Source of the DNA: Promethearchaeia archaeon
GTDB taxonomy: Archaea; Asgardarchaeota; Lokiarchaeia; Sigyniarchaeales; SOKP01
Assembly (NCBI GenBank): GCA_046497275.1
Contig: JAWOFX010000088.1
Span: 96,384 to 120,383, forward strand
Direction of reading: 5' to 3'
Length of the DNA: 24,000 nucleotides
Within the stretch, counting starts at the first letter, position 1. Each line of letters starts with the position of its first letter. Under the pieces are notes generated by a model. It made no database searches. It was not told the origin of the DNA and worked only from the letters and a program-made list of their open reading frames with translations. Below are positions 1-9,852 of this stretch, piece by piece. A program made the translations under genes and the position numbers.

Positions 1-216
1 TGGTTGGATATGACTTTCCAAAAATAAAGCAAATATATATTCAACAAACGGTCCAAGCCAAAATAGCCCGATAAAGATCATCATAGCTCCCGCATAATAT
101 AATAATTTCGCTCCCATTTTTCGGGCATTGATAAATGATAATAAACCGAAAATAACGGAAGTTAAAATGATAATCGATGCTGTTATCCCGTCTAAATGAC
201 CAATTAAATTTACCAT
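1..216 (-). CDS. Small membrane protein, N-terminal part only (runs off left edge)
   Basis: Reverse-strand ATG at 216 opens a 72-codon frame to the window edge: MVNLIGHLDGITASIIILTSVIFGLLSFINARKMGAKLLYYAGAMMIFIGLFWLGPFVEYIFALFLESHIQP, with two or more hydrophobic helices. Not in the supplied ORF track because it is truncated. Confidence 0.6.
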   Translation of the reverse strand, partial: MVNLIGHLDGITASIIILTSVIFGLLSFINARKMGAKLLYYAGAMMIFIGLFWLGPFVEYIFALFLESHIQP

Positions 217-364
217 ATTTGATTCACTTAAAATTTAGTTAATTTTTATTTTATTTCCTAATTAGGGAATTTAATATTGCAATTATTGTTGACAATATAT
301 ATAATAATTTGTGTGATATTCAAATATATAAAATTAAGGAAAAAAGAAAATTTAAGGCATATTT

Positions 365-388
365 GGAGATTCCTAATCTCCTTTTTTT
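365..388 (+). promoter_or_regulatory. Perfect 7-bp hairpin followed by T7 in the leader of the acylase gene (possible terminator/attenuator-like element)
   Basis: GGAGATT-CCT-AATCTCC then TTTTTTT at 382-388. Directly followed by a second inverted repeat AATCTA-ATT-TAGATT at 390-404. Confidence 0.35.
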
Positions 389-484
389 AAATCTAATTTA
401 GATTCATAATCTTTATTTTTAAATAGTTTGAGATCATAACTATTATTTAATCAAATAATTTAAACCAAAAAAAGCAAAATCACT

Positions 485-3061
485 ATGAGAAACGATTCTC
501 AGAATATTAAAAAAAATACAATAGCGTTTTCTAGTGCGCTAATAGTTACAATTTTATGCTTGGTAATTTTTTCGATGCCCTTACTTGGATTCTCTTTAGG
601 AAATCTTTTATTTCCTGGGAATGGTCTTTGGACTGTGCCTGGAGAACCAGAGAGTCAACTTATCTATATAGATGGTATGGATGATGAAGTTACGATTATT
701 CGAGACGAATGGGGTATCCCTCATATTTATGCTACAACTGATAATGATTTATTTTTTGCCCAGGGATATCTCCATGCTCAAGACAGATATTTCCAGATGG
801 ATTTGATTCGTCGCCAAGTGCGCGGTCAATTATCAGAAATATTAGGAGAGGGTGCCCTAAATCAAGATAAGCTAATGCTTGCGATGGGAATGGAATATTG
901 GGCAATAAAAACCGACCAAGAAATTAGAGCTAATTATTCTGAATTTTTACCTCCTTTTGAAAATTATGTTGAAGGTATTAATTATTATTTAGAAACTCAT
1001 AAAGATCAAAAACCGGTAGAATACCAGTTACTTGGGTTTGAGCCTAAACCCTGGACAAGCATCGATACTTTATGTCTCGTGCAAGAAATGGCACGTCAAT
1101 TATCTTGGAATTATAATGACCTTTATCGGTACTCAAATTGGGCAGGATTAGGAAGAGATAAGTATCTTGAATTATTTAATCCTTTTCAACCTTATCAAAT
1201 TCCAATTGTCCCTAATTATTCCAGTTATGAAACAACTCCTAAATTCTCTTCAAGTGGTTCACTAGCGCCCTCATCATTAAAATTGTCCGTAGATCATCTG
1301 ATTAGTGGAATAGAAAGTATTGATTCTGAAAAGAAATTGATAGAGTCGCGAGAAATTACAGGTTCGAATAATTGGGTAATAGACGGCTCTAAATCAAATA
1401 CAGGTAAACCCATTTTATGCAATGATATGCATCTTTCTTGGATTCTACCTGGAGTGTGGACAGAACAACATTTAGTTTCTGAAGAGACAGGTATTAATTC
1501 ATACGGATTTGCTATTCCTGGAATGCCATTAGTAGCAGTAGGTCATAATGAACATTTGGCATGGGGATTTACAAATACGGGATATGATGTTATGGATTGG
1601 TATTATTATAACGAGAAGAATAGTACGCACTATCTCTATGAAGGAGAATATGAGTCTTTTGAAACCAGAGATTATACCATAAAAGTTGCTGGTGAGGAAG
1701 ATGTTCAATTTACCGTAAGAGAAACAAAAGAAGGACCTGTCTTGACTGATTTTTTGGGTAGTAGAATCCCTTCTAATTTAACCCAACCAAATATAATTTT
1801 TGCGGCACAATGGATGGGGAATGACATTTTCTATAATCTTTTAGCAGGGGAAGGTTTTAATCGTGCAAAAAATAGAGATGAGTTTAATGAAGCCTCCAAA
1901 TACTGGAGCACTTTAGCTCAAAATATTGTATATGCTGATGTAGATGGAAATATTGCGATACGTCCAACAGGCAGAGTTCCAATTAGAGATGATTCAAAGA
2001 TTCCCTCATGGCATTTAGGAAATGGAACACTTCCTTATAATGGTTCTAATGGAGAAGGAAAATGGGTTGATGAAATACCCTTTGATCAATTACCTAATAG
2101 CTTAAATCCGACGCAAGGATATTTGGCTTCGGCAAATCAAATCGCAGTTGGTCCAGAATATAATTTTAGTAAGTATTTCCTACAAAACGAATATGCAAAT
2201 GGATATAGAGCTCGGAGAATAAATGAGTTGCTAAATACAACTAATAATATCTCAGTAGAGAAAATGATGGAAATTCAATTGGATGTGAATTCCTCAGCAG
2301 CAAAAGCATTTATACCCACTTTAATTGAGGTGATTGAATACACTTATGGGGATACTATTCCGGAGGATCTTGATCAAGCTTTTACTATTTTAAAAGACTG
2401 GAGATATATAATGGATAAAGACGAAGCTGCTCCAACGATCTATCGAAAATGGCGGGATTATTTTTATGCTTACACGTTCAATGATGATATTAGTCATAAC
2501 AACTTAAGTCGTGGACCTATGCTTGTTATGTTAGAATATTTAATGAATAACAAAACATCCCATTGGTTTAATGATACCTCTACTGGTACCCCAATATCAC
2601 AAACTCGAAATCAAACGATGTTATTAGCTTTTAATGATACAATCGATTGGCTGGAAAATTTTTATGGCACTTCAGATGCATCACAATGGAAATGGGGAGA
2701 TATCCATAAATTATATTTTGAACATCTCTCTGGTCTATCCTTACTCAGTAAAGGACCATTTCCTGGTGATGGAGAAGGCTACACAGTAAATCCTGCGGGA
2801 GTTAGTATTCATAATGGTGTCGGTTTAGCTAGAGGGGGAGCATCAGAACGCATGATTGTTGATTTCAGCGATTTAGGAAATTCTAAGAGCGTCATACCAT
2901 CGGGCCAATCAGGACATCCGCATCTTAAACATTATTCAGATCAACTTACAGAGTTATTCTTAAAAGGAAAATATCATTCTCAATATTTCTATTACACACC
3001 AGCAAATTTTCCATCTATTGAAACAAGATTAATCTTTAGACCGGCGGGAGGTGTGTTCTAA
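485..3061 (+). CDS. Penicillin acylase family protein (N-terminal nucleophile hydrolase), membrane anchored
   Basis: 858 aa; N-terminal hydrophobic signal anchor; IIRDEWGIPHIYATTDNDLFFAQGYLHAQDRYFQMDLIRR and the autoprocessing/nucleophile region TGSNNWVIDGSKSNTGKPILCNDMHL are characteristic of the family; C-terminal GQSGHPHLKHYSDQ matches the family's usual C-terminal block. Confidence 0.93.
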   Translation: MRNDSQNIKKNTIAFSSALIVTILCLVIFSMPLLGFSLGNLLFPGNGLWTVPGEPESQLIYIDGMDDEVTIIRDEWGIPHIYATTDNDLFFAQGYLHAQDRYFQMDLIRRQVRGQLSEILGEGALNQDKLMLAMGMEYWAIKTDQEIRANYSEFLPPFENYVEGINYYLETHKDQKPVEYQLLGFEPKPWTSIDTLCLVQEMARQLSWNYNDLYRYSNWAGLGRDKYLELFNPFQPYQIPIVPNYSSYETTPKFSSSGSLAPSSLKLSVDHLISGIESIDSEKKLIESREITGSNNWVIDGSKSNTGKPILCNDMHLSWILPGVWTEQHLVSEETGINSYGFAIPGMPLVAVGHNEHLAWGFTNTGYDVMDWYYYNEKNSTHYLYEGEYESFETRDYTIKVAGEEDVQFTVRETKEGPVLTDFLGSRIPSNLTQPNIIFAAQWMGNDIFYNLLAGEGFNRAKNRDEFNEASKYWSTLAQNIVYADVDGNIAIRPTGRVPIRDDSKIPSWHLGNGTLPYNGSNGEGKWVDEIPFDQLPNSLNPTQGYLASANQIAVGPEYNFSKYFLQNEYANGYRARRINELLNTTNNISVEKMMEIQLDVNSSAAKAFIPTLIEVIEYTYGDTIPEDLDQAFTILKDWRYIMDKDEAAPTIYRKWRDYFYAYTFNDDISHNNLSRGPMLVMLEYLMNNKTSHWFNDTSTGTPISQTRNQTMLLAFNDTIDWLENFYGTSDASQWKWGDIHKLYFEHLSGLSLLSKGPFPGDGEGYTVNPAGVSIHNGVGLARGGASERMIVDFSDLGNSKSVIPSGQSGHPHLKHYSDQLTELFLKGKYHSQYFYYTPANFPSIETRLIFRPAGGVF

Positions 3062-3461
3062 TATGGACCAAGATAAAAGAAATTTAATAATTGGCACTTT
3101 GGTGACTCTGGGTCTTTCATCTCTTTTATCTCTGATTCCCGTATGGCAACTAATTTTTCTTGCAGGTCTAGTGGGAGGTTTTATAAATAGAAAAATACTT
3201 TATGGTGCTTTAAGTGGTGCTATTGGAGGAGGGATCTTTTGGATTCTTTATATTATAGATGGTGTATTTTATAAAGGACTCTACAATCTTTTCGATATAT
3301 TTGGTGCTTTGATCATTGGTTCTGGAATGGGATGGATTATTTTACTATTAATTATTTTACTAGGATTTATGTTTGGATTTTTAGGAGGCTCACTCGGAAG
3401 CAGCGGAGGAAATTTGTTTTTATATTATTATAATAAACAATCATCCTCAGAAAGAAAATAA
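3051..3461 (+). CDS. Small Gly-rich polytopic membrane protein, unknown function
   Basis: 136 aa, about four hydrophobic segments. The listed start is GTG at 3051, overlapping the upstream gene; an ATG at 3063 (MDQDKRN...) directly after the upstream stop is an alternative. Confidence 0.6.
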   Translation: MCSNMDQDKRNLIIGTLVTLGLSSLLSLIPVWQLIFLAGLVGGFINRKILYGALSGAIGGGIFWILYIIDGVFYKGLYNLFDIFGALIIGSGMGWIILLLIILLGFMFGFLGGSLGSSGGNLFLYYYNKQSSSERK

Positions 3462-3554
3462 GAGGCTTTTTGTTCTCTAAAGAAAATTTAAAATTCATTT
3501 TTTTCTTTTTTTAATTTTTTGGTATAATCTGACTAAATAAAAGACTTAGAACAT

Positions 3555-5720
3555 TTATTTTAGTTTATTATTTTCATAGATCTCATAAAACCAATCCACA
3601 ATATATTGATAGAAAAATCTTTCTCGGAGAACGTCATAATGCGATTTTTCTCTAAGACTTGTAAGCTTTGCAATATCCTCTGATTTGATTTTCGATTGTT
3701 TAATTAAATTCATACGTGCTTTAAATTGATCGACCATATCTATCGGCCTTAGTATAATTGAAATCGCTTCTGAAATTGTATCAATTATATCATTTAAGTT
3801 ATCAATACCTAGTGATTTTTCTCGATTCGATTTTAATAAATAAGATTGAATTTTTTCTATGAGAGGATCTTTTCTTTCATAGTTAATTAACTCTCTGTTT
3901 TTAATTAGATTGTCTAAAAACTTTATAATATCATTAATCACGACTATATCGATATTTAAATTCTCTAATTGTGTTTTCAACTTTATTAGAAATTGTCTCT
4001 TTAGAAATTGTTTATATTTAATTATAATTGCCTCATTCTCTCTGATATCTGAGCAAACCTCAACTAATTCGCCTTTCGGTGTCGCATAAGTGAATCCATG
4101 ACCTTGCGGCCCTAAACCACCTAATAATACCATTGATAAGCTATGAAATTTATAAGAATCTGTTGATAATATCTCTTGTTCGTTATCAAGAATATTCTTA
4201 GGGGAAACTAAATGCTTCTTAACTTCTCTCTCTTCTCGTTCTTGCAAAGTTCCATAATAATTTATACGATATCTATACAAAATATTAAATTCTAAAAAAC
4301 CATCTTCCTTTAGCTCTTCTCTTCGGCTATTTTTATAATGTTTTTTAAATTCTTTGAGAAAATGTAGGGTTGACCCTAAATTCTTAACACTCAATCCATA
4401 GATAGAGTATGCATTAAAGAAAGAATTTTTAATATAATAGATAAGTTGATCAATATTACTATAAAATGAATAAGCATTAGGATAATTTACAAAATATTCA
4501 TAAAGATTCCTTGGAAGAACTTTATATACAAAATAAATTAGAAAATCATTTACAGGACCAAAAAGATCTTTTAAATTGGCTAAAAATAGTTTATCTTTCT
4601 TTATTTTTTTTATTTTTTTTAACTTTTGCTCATTAAGTTCTCTAGTTAATAAATTATATTTATTACAAAATCTTATGGTATCTATCACTTTTCCTAGACT
4701 GGACGTTTGATATCCGACGGTCACATCTTGAATACAATTGATTATAAGTTGTGAAATAATTTTAAATCGATTTGGAATCTTTTCTACTTCAATAAATATA
4801 TCAAATTTATCCGAATTTTTAATTAGTTGCTTAAACTTATCAAAATGACCCGCTTCTAGATCTTTTGCTAATCCTTTGTAAAAATTTTCCTCAATTTTCT
4901 TTTTATTTTCTGCTTTTAAAAGAATCCGAGATAAATTAATCTCTCCCTCATCTTCAATTATATGATCTATTGTATATTTTATTTTCTGAAATTCTCCAGA
5001 TTTTAGAGATTCTATTATTGTTTCAATAATTAATTCTTGAATATCGTTAGTATTTTTTTTTAATTTGTGATGAGAAATTTCATTTTTCTCTATAAATTTA
5101 TAGAAGAAAATTAAGTATTTTAAATTTCCAATTCCTAAAAAATAATCAAATGAATCTCTGAATAATTTAGTCATAAAGGTTAAAATTCTTTCCTTATTAC
5201 TTCCCTTTTCAAATGATTTGTCTTCCTTATATTTCTCAATCCAATCTCTTAAATAAATTATAAAAAGAGGTAAATTATCTGTATTATAAAAAATCTGAAC
5301 ATTTTTCTGACATCTTCTACAGAAATAAATCATTCTATTTTCATTGAATGCATAAGAACCCTCAGATATATCCTCTGAATGACATTCAGTACATAATTTT
5401 TCAAATAATAATTTTTCGATTAATTCTTCTAAAAATTCAATTTTAAGATTCTTGATAACTTCAAAATCAATAATCTCATTCTCTATTAAAACCCAGAGAT
5501 AAGATCCAAACTCTAAAAAAATAGGTTTGAAGAAACGAATTTTATCAGAATTATCTAACTTTTTATATTCTTGAGTTATATTATAGATTTTCTCAGCGAG
5601 CTTTATTTCTTTAGTGGCGACTTTCTTTCTAATATCATTTAAATCCAGTTTGCCTTTTTTAATAATATTAAATATATCGTTTTTTAAATTGCCATAAAAT
5701 TGCTCAGAGAGAATATGCAT
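3555..5720 (-). CDS. Hypothetical protein with zinc-ribbon-like CxxC...CxxC motif
   Basis: 721-aa uninterrupted frame, mostly helical in appearance, with LCTECHSEDISEGSYAFNENRMIYFCRRCQKNV and a distinctive LGGLGPQGHGFTYATPKGELVEV segment. Confidence 0.8.
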   Translation of the reverse strand: MHILSEQFYGNLKNDIFNIIKKGKLDLNDIRKKVATKEIKLAEKIYNITQEYKKLDNSDKIRFFKPIFLEFGSYLWVLIENEIIDFEVIKNLKIEFLEELIEKLLFEKLCTECHSEDISEGSYAFNENRMIYFCRRCQKNVQIFYNTDNLPLFIIYLRDWIEKYKEDKSFEKGSNKERILTFMTKLFRDSFDYFLGIGNLKYLIFFYKFIEKNEISHHKLKKNTNDIQELIIETIIESLKSGEFQKIKYTIDHIIEDEGEINLSRILLKAENKKKIEENFYKGLAKDLEAGHFDKFKQLIKNSDKFDIFIEVEKIPNRFKIISQLIINCIQDVTVGYQTSSLGKVIDTIRFCNKYNLLTRELNEQKLKKIKKIKKDKLFLANLKDLFGPVNDFLIYFVYKVLPRNLYEYFVNYPNAYSFYSNIDQLIYYIKNSFFNAYSIYGLSVKNLGSTLHFLKEFKKHYKNSRREELKEDGFLEFNILYRYRINYYGTLQEREEREVKKHLVSPKNILDNEQEILSTDSYKFHSLSMVLLGGLGPQGHGFTYATPKGELVEVCSDIRENEAIIIKYKQFLKRQFLIKLKTQLENLNIDIVVINDIIKFLDNLIKNRELINYERKDPLIEKIQSYLLKSNREKSLGIDNLNDIIDTISEAISIILRPIDMVDQFKARMNLIKQSKIKSEDIAKLTSLREKSHYDVLRERFFYQYIVDWFYEIYENNKLK

Positions 5721-5797
5721 AGCTCTACATTTTTATTAGAACAAGATAAGATTAATAAAATTATTTATAAAATAGTATAAGTGGTTTCAATTTAATT

Positions 5798-6169
5798 TTA
5801 ATCTAATAACCCAGCAATCTTCTGTGAAACGCTCTGTATATTTAAGAAAACCATACCCAAACTCGATGCCTTCGACGCCAGAACACAGAGTATCGCATTT
5901 TCGCCCGCACGAGAAAGTATTATAATTCCATCCAATCCCTCAATAAGAATTCTCTTTAAATCTCCTCTCGCTAACTCTTGAACAGCTCTCTCCGATACGC
6001 TAAGAATAGCAGCAGACATAGCACTAACAATACCATCATTCACATCTCCCGAAAGCGCAGAACAAATAGGTAACCCTTGGACAGAAACAATCGCACTTCC
6101 TTGAATATCGGCATTGATTGCTTCCAAATTTCTCAGAATGTCTGTAAGCTCACTTATATTTTCTGACAT
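5798..6169 (-). CDS. Roadblock/LC7 domain protein
   Basis: 123 aa: LTDILRNLEAINADIQGSAIVSVQGLPICSALSGDVNDGIVSAMSAAILSVSERAVQELARGDLKRILIEGLDGIIILSRAGENAILCVLA matches the Roadblock/LC7 (MglB-like) pattern. Confidence 0.93.
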   Translation of the reverse strand: MSENISELTDILRNLEAINADIQGSAIVSVQGLPICSALSGDVNDGIVSAMSAAILSVSERAVQELARGDLKRILIEGLDGIIILSRAGENAILCVLASKASSLGMVFLNIQSVSQKIAGLLD

Positions 6170-6455
6170 AATGGGGAAATAAGTAATTAATATATTGATT
6201 CTAATAAAGTAAGTAAAACAATATTAATATTGATTCTGACTAAATTCTTTTAAATTTTAATGTTTATGTATAGAATATTATTAATAATAAATCTATATTA
6301 ATTTTTTGCAAAAAACCATCAATGCATTTTTTAACGAATTTTAAATAATAATCCCCAAATTCTCTTTTTAAACAGATTGAAATACTTTTTTATAAAATGA
6401 TAAATCCGCAAAATTATGTATGCATGAGTAATTCAAACTTTTTTTAGAAAAACTG

Positions 6456-7481
6456 ATGGATTTAAAAAATATTATTATCCATTTTTCATTACCTAACCTA
6501 ATGAATGAGACACGAAAAGAAAAAGATATGTCTGAAAAGAAAAATAATTCAGAGATTTCAGAGGAAAATGAAGAGGAGAAGCAATTAAAATTCGATTCTC
6601 TCAGAAAGGCTGGTGAAATAGCGCAAGAAGTAAAGAAATTCATCAAACCGAAGATTAAAATAGGTATGAAAGGATTAGATATAGTATCTGCAGCGGAAAA
6701 GAAGATAAGTGAATTGGGAGGTGCTTGCGCATTTCCAGTTAATTTATCTATCAATAATATCGCTGCTCATTATACTTCTCCATTTCGTGAAGATGGATTA
6801 ACTATAAAAGAAAATGATCTTGTGAAAATAGATTTGGGAGTGCATATTGAAGGATATATCGTTGATACAGCATTCACAGTAAATTTTAATCAAGATAAAT
6901 CTCTAGAAAATATAATTACTGCCACTGACACGGCATTGCAAGCAGCAAAAATGATGGTGAAGCCAGGTGTGAACACAAAAGATATAGGAAAGAAGATAGA
7001 AAATATTGTTAGGGGGTTTAATTACAATCCAATTAAAGAATTGGGCGGTCATCAAATAGAACGCTGGAGACTTCACGGAACAAAGGATCTCCCAGAATTA
7101 GGCTCTCAAGGTGGAGATGAAATAGAGGAAGGAGATGTGTTTGCTATTGAAATCTTTGCATCTACGGGAGCTGGATCGGTTCATAGTACAAATAGTTGCC
7201 ATATATATGCGATTAATCCCTATACAGGGCGGGTTCCTTTAAGAAGAAAGAGCTCTAAGCAAATACTGGGATTTATAAATAGAAATTATAAAACTCTTCC
7301 GTTTGCTGAACGCTGGCTTGGTCAAGAGTTTCAAATAGGGGTTGCTTTCGGAATACAAGAACTTGTCCAGAAAGATAAACTAAGACAACATAATGTGCTT
7401 TCTGAAGAGAAAGACGCCTACGTTGCACAATCAGAAGAAACAATATTGATAACCGAAGATGGCTATGAACAATTAACATAG
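6456..7481 (+). CDS. map: Methionine aminopeptidase, type 2
   Basis: ACAFPVNLSINNIAAHYTSP, DLGVHIEGYIVDTAFTVNF and ELGGHQIERWRLHG are MetAP2-like metal-site motifs. The listed start is ATG 6456; the ATG at 6528 (MSEKKNNSE...) is a plausible alternative. Confidence 0.95.
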   Translation: MDLKNIIIHFSLPNLMNETRKEKDMSEKKNNSEISEENEEEKQLKFDSLRKAGEIAQEVKKFIKPKIKIGMKGLDIVSAAEKKISELGGACAFPVNLSINNIAAHYTSPFREDGLTIKENDLVKIDLGVHIEGYIVDTAFTVNFNQDKSLENIITATDTALQAAKMMVKPGVNTKDIGKKIENIVRGFNYNPIKELGGHQIERWRLHGTKDLPELGSQGGDEIEEGDVFAIEIFASTGAGSVHSTNSCHIYAINPYTGRVPLRRKSSKQILGFINRNYKTLPFAERWLGQEFQIGVAFGIQELVQKDKLRQHNVLSEEKDAYVAQSEETILITEDGYEQLT

Positions 7482-7535
7482 AATCATAATTTATATTTTT
7501 GAACATCAAATTTAAAATAACTTCCTCTTCAAAAA

Positions 7536-8645
7536 ATGCGAAAATTAAGTATCTGCTTGGTTTCATTTAAAATTCCGCCCGATTCTCAAGACGGCACAGC
7601 AAAAACATTTAAAGGAATTTATAAATATCTCAAAAACCAAGGGCATAACGTGAAATTAATAACAGGAAAATGGAAATATGATTTAAAAGATCCAGACATA
7701 ATACAAATTGATATAATTAATAAAAGATTTGTTTGGATCATCCCTTTTGCTCTCGGTGTTATAAAATATCTAAAATCCCATGATTTTGATATTATACATG
7801 GAAACAATCCTAAAGGAGTGCTACCTATTCTTTTAGCAAATAAAAAAAAATTCATCTCAATGATTCATGATTTAGGATATTTTACAAAAATTCCTTTTGA
7901 AAAATTTCTAATAAAGTATATAGCGAAGAATTCAACTTTTATCACAGTTCCTTCGACCCAAATAAAAAATAAATTGCTTAAGAATCTTAAAATCTTAAAT
8001 CCCAATAAAATATTTAATTTATATAATGCCATAGAAGACAAATTTAAACCTTATCCCGAAAAAGCAGACAAACTTAAAGAACAATTAGGAATAAAAGGTC
8101 CAGTTTTAATTTATATAGGCCGTATTTCGTTTTATAAAGGAGTACATGATATTATTAAATCATATTATTTAGCTAAAGAAAAATTGAGAAATTTAAATCT
8201 CGTTATTGGAGGATTGCCTGATTTTAGGACACAAAAAAAATATGATTATTGGAAGAATAAATATAATGATATAAAATTTGTTGGATTTATTCCCCCTGCT
8301 CAAATTCCTATATATTATTCAATGGGTGATATTTTCATAACTTATTCATATGCGTTTGAGGGGTTTGGATTGACCCCAATAGAAGCAATTGCTTGCGGAA
8401 CACCAGTTATTTGTTCTTCCCTCCCAGTTTTTAAGGAAGTTTTGGGAGATAATGCAGTATTCTTACCACCCAGAAGTCCAAAATTATTAGCAAAAGCCAT
8501 TATTGCACTATTAGAGGATGATGAAAGAAGAAAGAAAATAATAGAAAACGCGCAAGAATTTATAAAACGTTATTCTTGGAATGCAGTAGGGAAAAAGCTT
8601 GAAAAAGTCTATATGCATTTCTTAAATTTAAAAACACATAATTAA
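7536..8645 (+). CDS. GT4-family glycosyltransferase
   Basis: GPVLIYIGRISFYKGVHDIIKSYYLA and YSYAFEGFGLTPIEAIACGTPVICSSLPVFKEVLGDNAVFLPP are classical GT4 (GT-B) motifs. Confidence 0.93.
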   Translation: MRKLSICLVSFKIPPDSQDGTAKTFKGIYKYLKNQGHNVKLITGKWKYDLKDPDIIQIDIINKRFVWIIPFALGVIKYLKSHDFDIIHGNNPKGVLPILLANKKKFISMIHDLGYFTKIPFEKFLIKYIAKNSTFITVPSTQIKNKLLKNLKILNPNKIFNLYNAIEDKFKPYPEKADKLKEQLGIKGPVLIYIGRISFYKGVHDIIKSYYLAKEKLRNLNLVIGGLPDFRTQKKYDYWKNKYNDIKFVGFIPPAQIPIYYSMGDIFITYSYAFEGFGLTPIEAIACGTPVICSSLPVFKEVLGDNAVFLPPRSPKLLAKAIIALLEDDERRKKIIENAQEFIKRYSWNAVGKKLEKVYMHFLNLKTHN

Positions 8646-8682
8646 TAGATTTATATCTTAATATTTAAGAAATTTATATTTT

Positions 8683-9813
8683 TTACTTGAACCATCTCGT
8701 TTGTCCGAGGGTAATGATTCGATATTTTTTTACACGATTATAATCATTCCAAAAACATCCATAACATTCTGGGATATTTTTTCTTGAATCAATTAATAAA
8801 TTTCGAAAATTTTTGTATTTTGTTCCATTCCAAATCTCAGAAAATGAATTTTTATATATATTACCCATAATATATTTTTCATTTGTAAGATAACAACAAG
8901 GTAAAACTTTCCCTGTGGCTGTAATATAGGTTGAGATCCAAGGTGTTAAACATGGTGTTTCATTTTTTAGGGTTTTTCTGTGAAGTAGTTCCAATAATTT
9001 CTCTTTCCAATTGAATAAAAAATCTTTTTTCTGTTTTTCCATATTTGAAGTTATTATAGAATTTATTTTAGCTATGGTATTTTCTATTTGTTCAGGACTA
9101 GGAACAATCCCTGAATCAACTCCAAAATCAAATACGGGTTCCAATCTAAAAGATTCTAATAATCCCCATTTTTTAAGATAATTATACATCGGTTCATATT
9201 CATCTAAATTTTTCGCTTGTAGACAGCATAGTATACGTATCATAATTTTTTTTCTATCAATCTCTGAAAGCAATTTCTCAAAATTATCAATACACTTATG
9301 AAATGTTGAGCTCTTAGTTATTTGTTCAAAAGATTCTGGGTTTGTTCCATGAAGTGAAAAAGTTAAAATAGATGGAGGATTCTCTACTAATTTTGCAATA
9401 TTCAGGGCATTCATAAGAGACATATTTGTTGGCATAGATGTTGTTATATGCTTTCGATTGCATAATGCTAAAAACTTATATATCTCAGTATTCATCAAAG
9501 GTTCACCTAAACCATTCAACGTGACATATAATGGGTGGATATTCTCAATTAAATTTTTGAATATCTTAAAAGAGATTACATTATTTAAATTTCTAATTTT
9601 TTTCAGATTATGTCTGTCGCACATAATACAATTAAAATTACATCTATCTGTAATTTCAATTTGAAGCCGAATTGGTCCATATTTAGACGCCTTTGGAGTT
9701 CCCAATATTGAATAATAAAGAACACTGAATGCTTTCTTTATATTATATAAAGTTAGAAACTGATTATTTTTAAAAATTAGTAATAAATCTTCCAGTCGCT
9801 TTTTTAATGACAT
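8683..9813 (-). CDS. Radical SAM protein with SPASM-type C-terminal domain
   Basis: ITDRCNFNCIMCDRH (CxxxCxxC), LNGLGEPLM, and a C-terminal Cys set TPCLTPWISTYITATGKVLPCCYLTN...YKNSFSEIWNG...CYGCFW. Confidence 0.93.
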   Translation of the reverse strand: MSLKKRLEDLLLIFKNNQFLTLYNIKKAFSVLYYSILGTPKASKYGPIRLQIEITDRCNFNCIMCDRHNLKKIRNLNNVISFKIFKNLIENIHPLYVTLNGLGEPLMNTEIYKFLALCNRKHITTSMPTNMSLMNALNIAKLVENPPSILTFSLHGTNPESFEQITKSSTFHKCIDNFEKLLSEIDRKKIMIRILCCLQAKNLDEYEPMYNYLKKWGLLESFRLEPVFDFGVDSGIVPSPEQIENTIAKINSIITSNMEKQKKDFLFNWKEKLLELLHRKTLKNETPCLTPWISTYITATGKVLPCCYLTNEKYIMGNIYKNSFSEIWNGTKYKNFRNLLIDSRKNIPECYGCFWNDYNRVKKYRIITLGQTRWFK

Positions 9814-9852
9814 TTCTGAGAATTGAAAAAATTAAAATTCTTTTAATATATT

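Noticed and set aside
3462-3554. Poly-T runs (TTTTTTTCTTTTTTTT) between convergent genes as a terminator
   Set aside because: T runs are common in this AT-rich sequence and no convincing hairpin adjoins; plausible but not supportable as a specific feature.
6186-6260. Imperfect repeat TTAATATATTGATTCTAA / TTAATATTGATTCTGACTAAA upstream of the Roadblock gene
   Set aside because: Short, AT-rich and imperfect; cannot be separated from compositional background.
6368-6754. 128-aa minus-strand ORF
   Set aside because: Overlaps the 5' part of the well-supported MetAP gene on the opposite strand; composition is Ser/Phe-rich as expected for antisense of a Lys/Glu-rich coding region.
7273-7855. ORFs 7273..7566 (-) and 7619..7855 (-)
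   Set aside because: Antisense to the MetAP 3' end and the GT4 gene; no motifs.
9458-9664. 68-aa plus-strand ORF
   Set aside because: Antisense within the radical SAM gene, no recognisable features.
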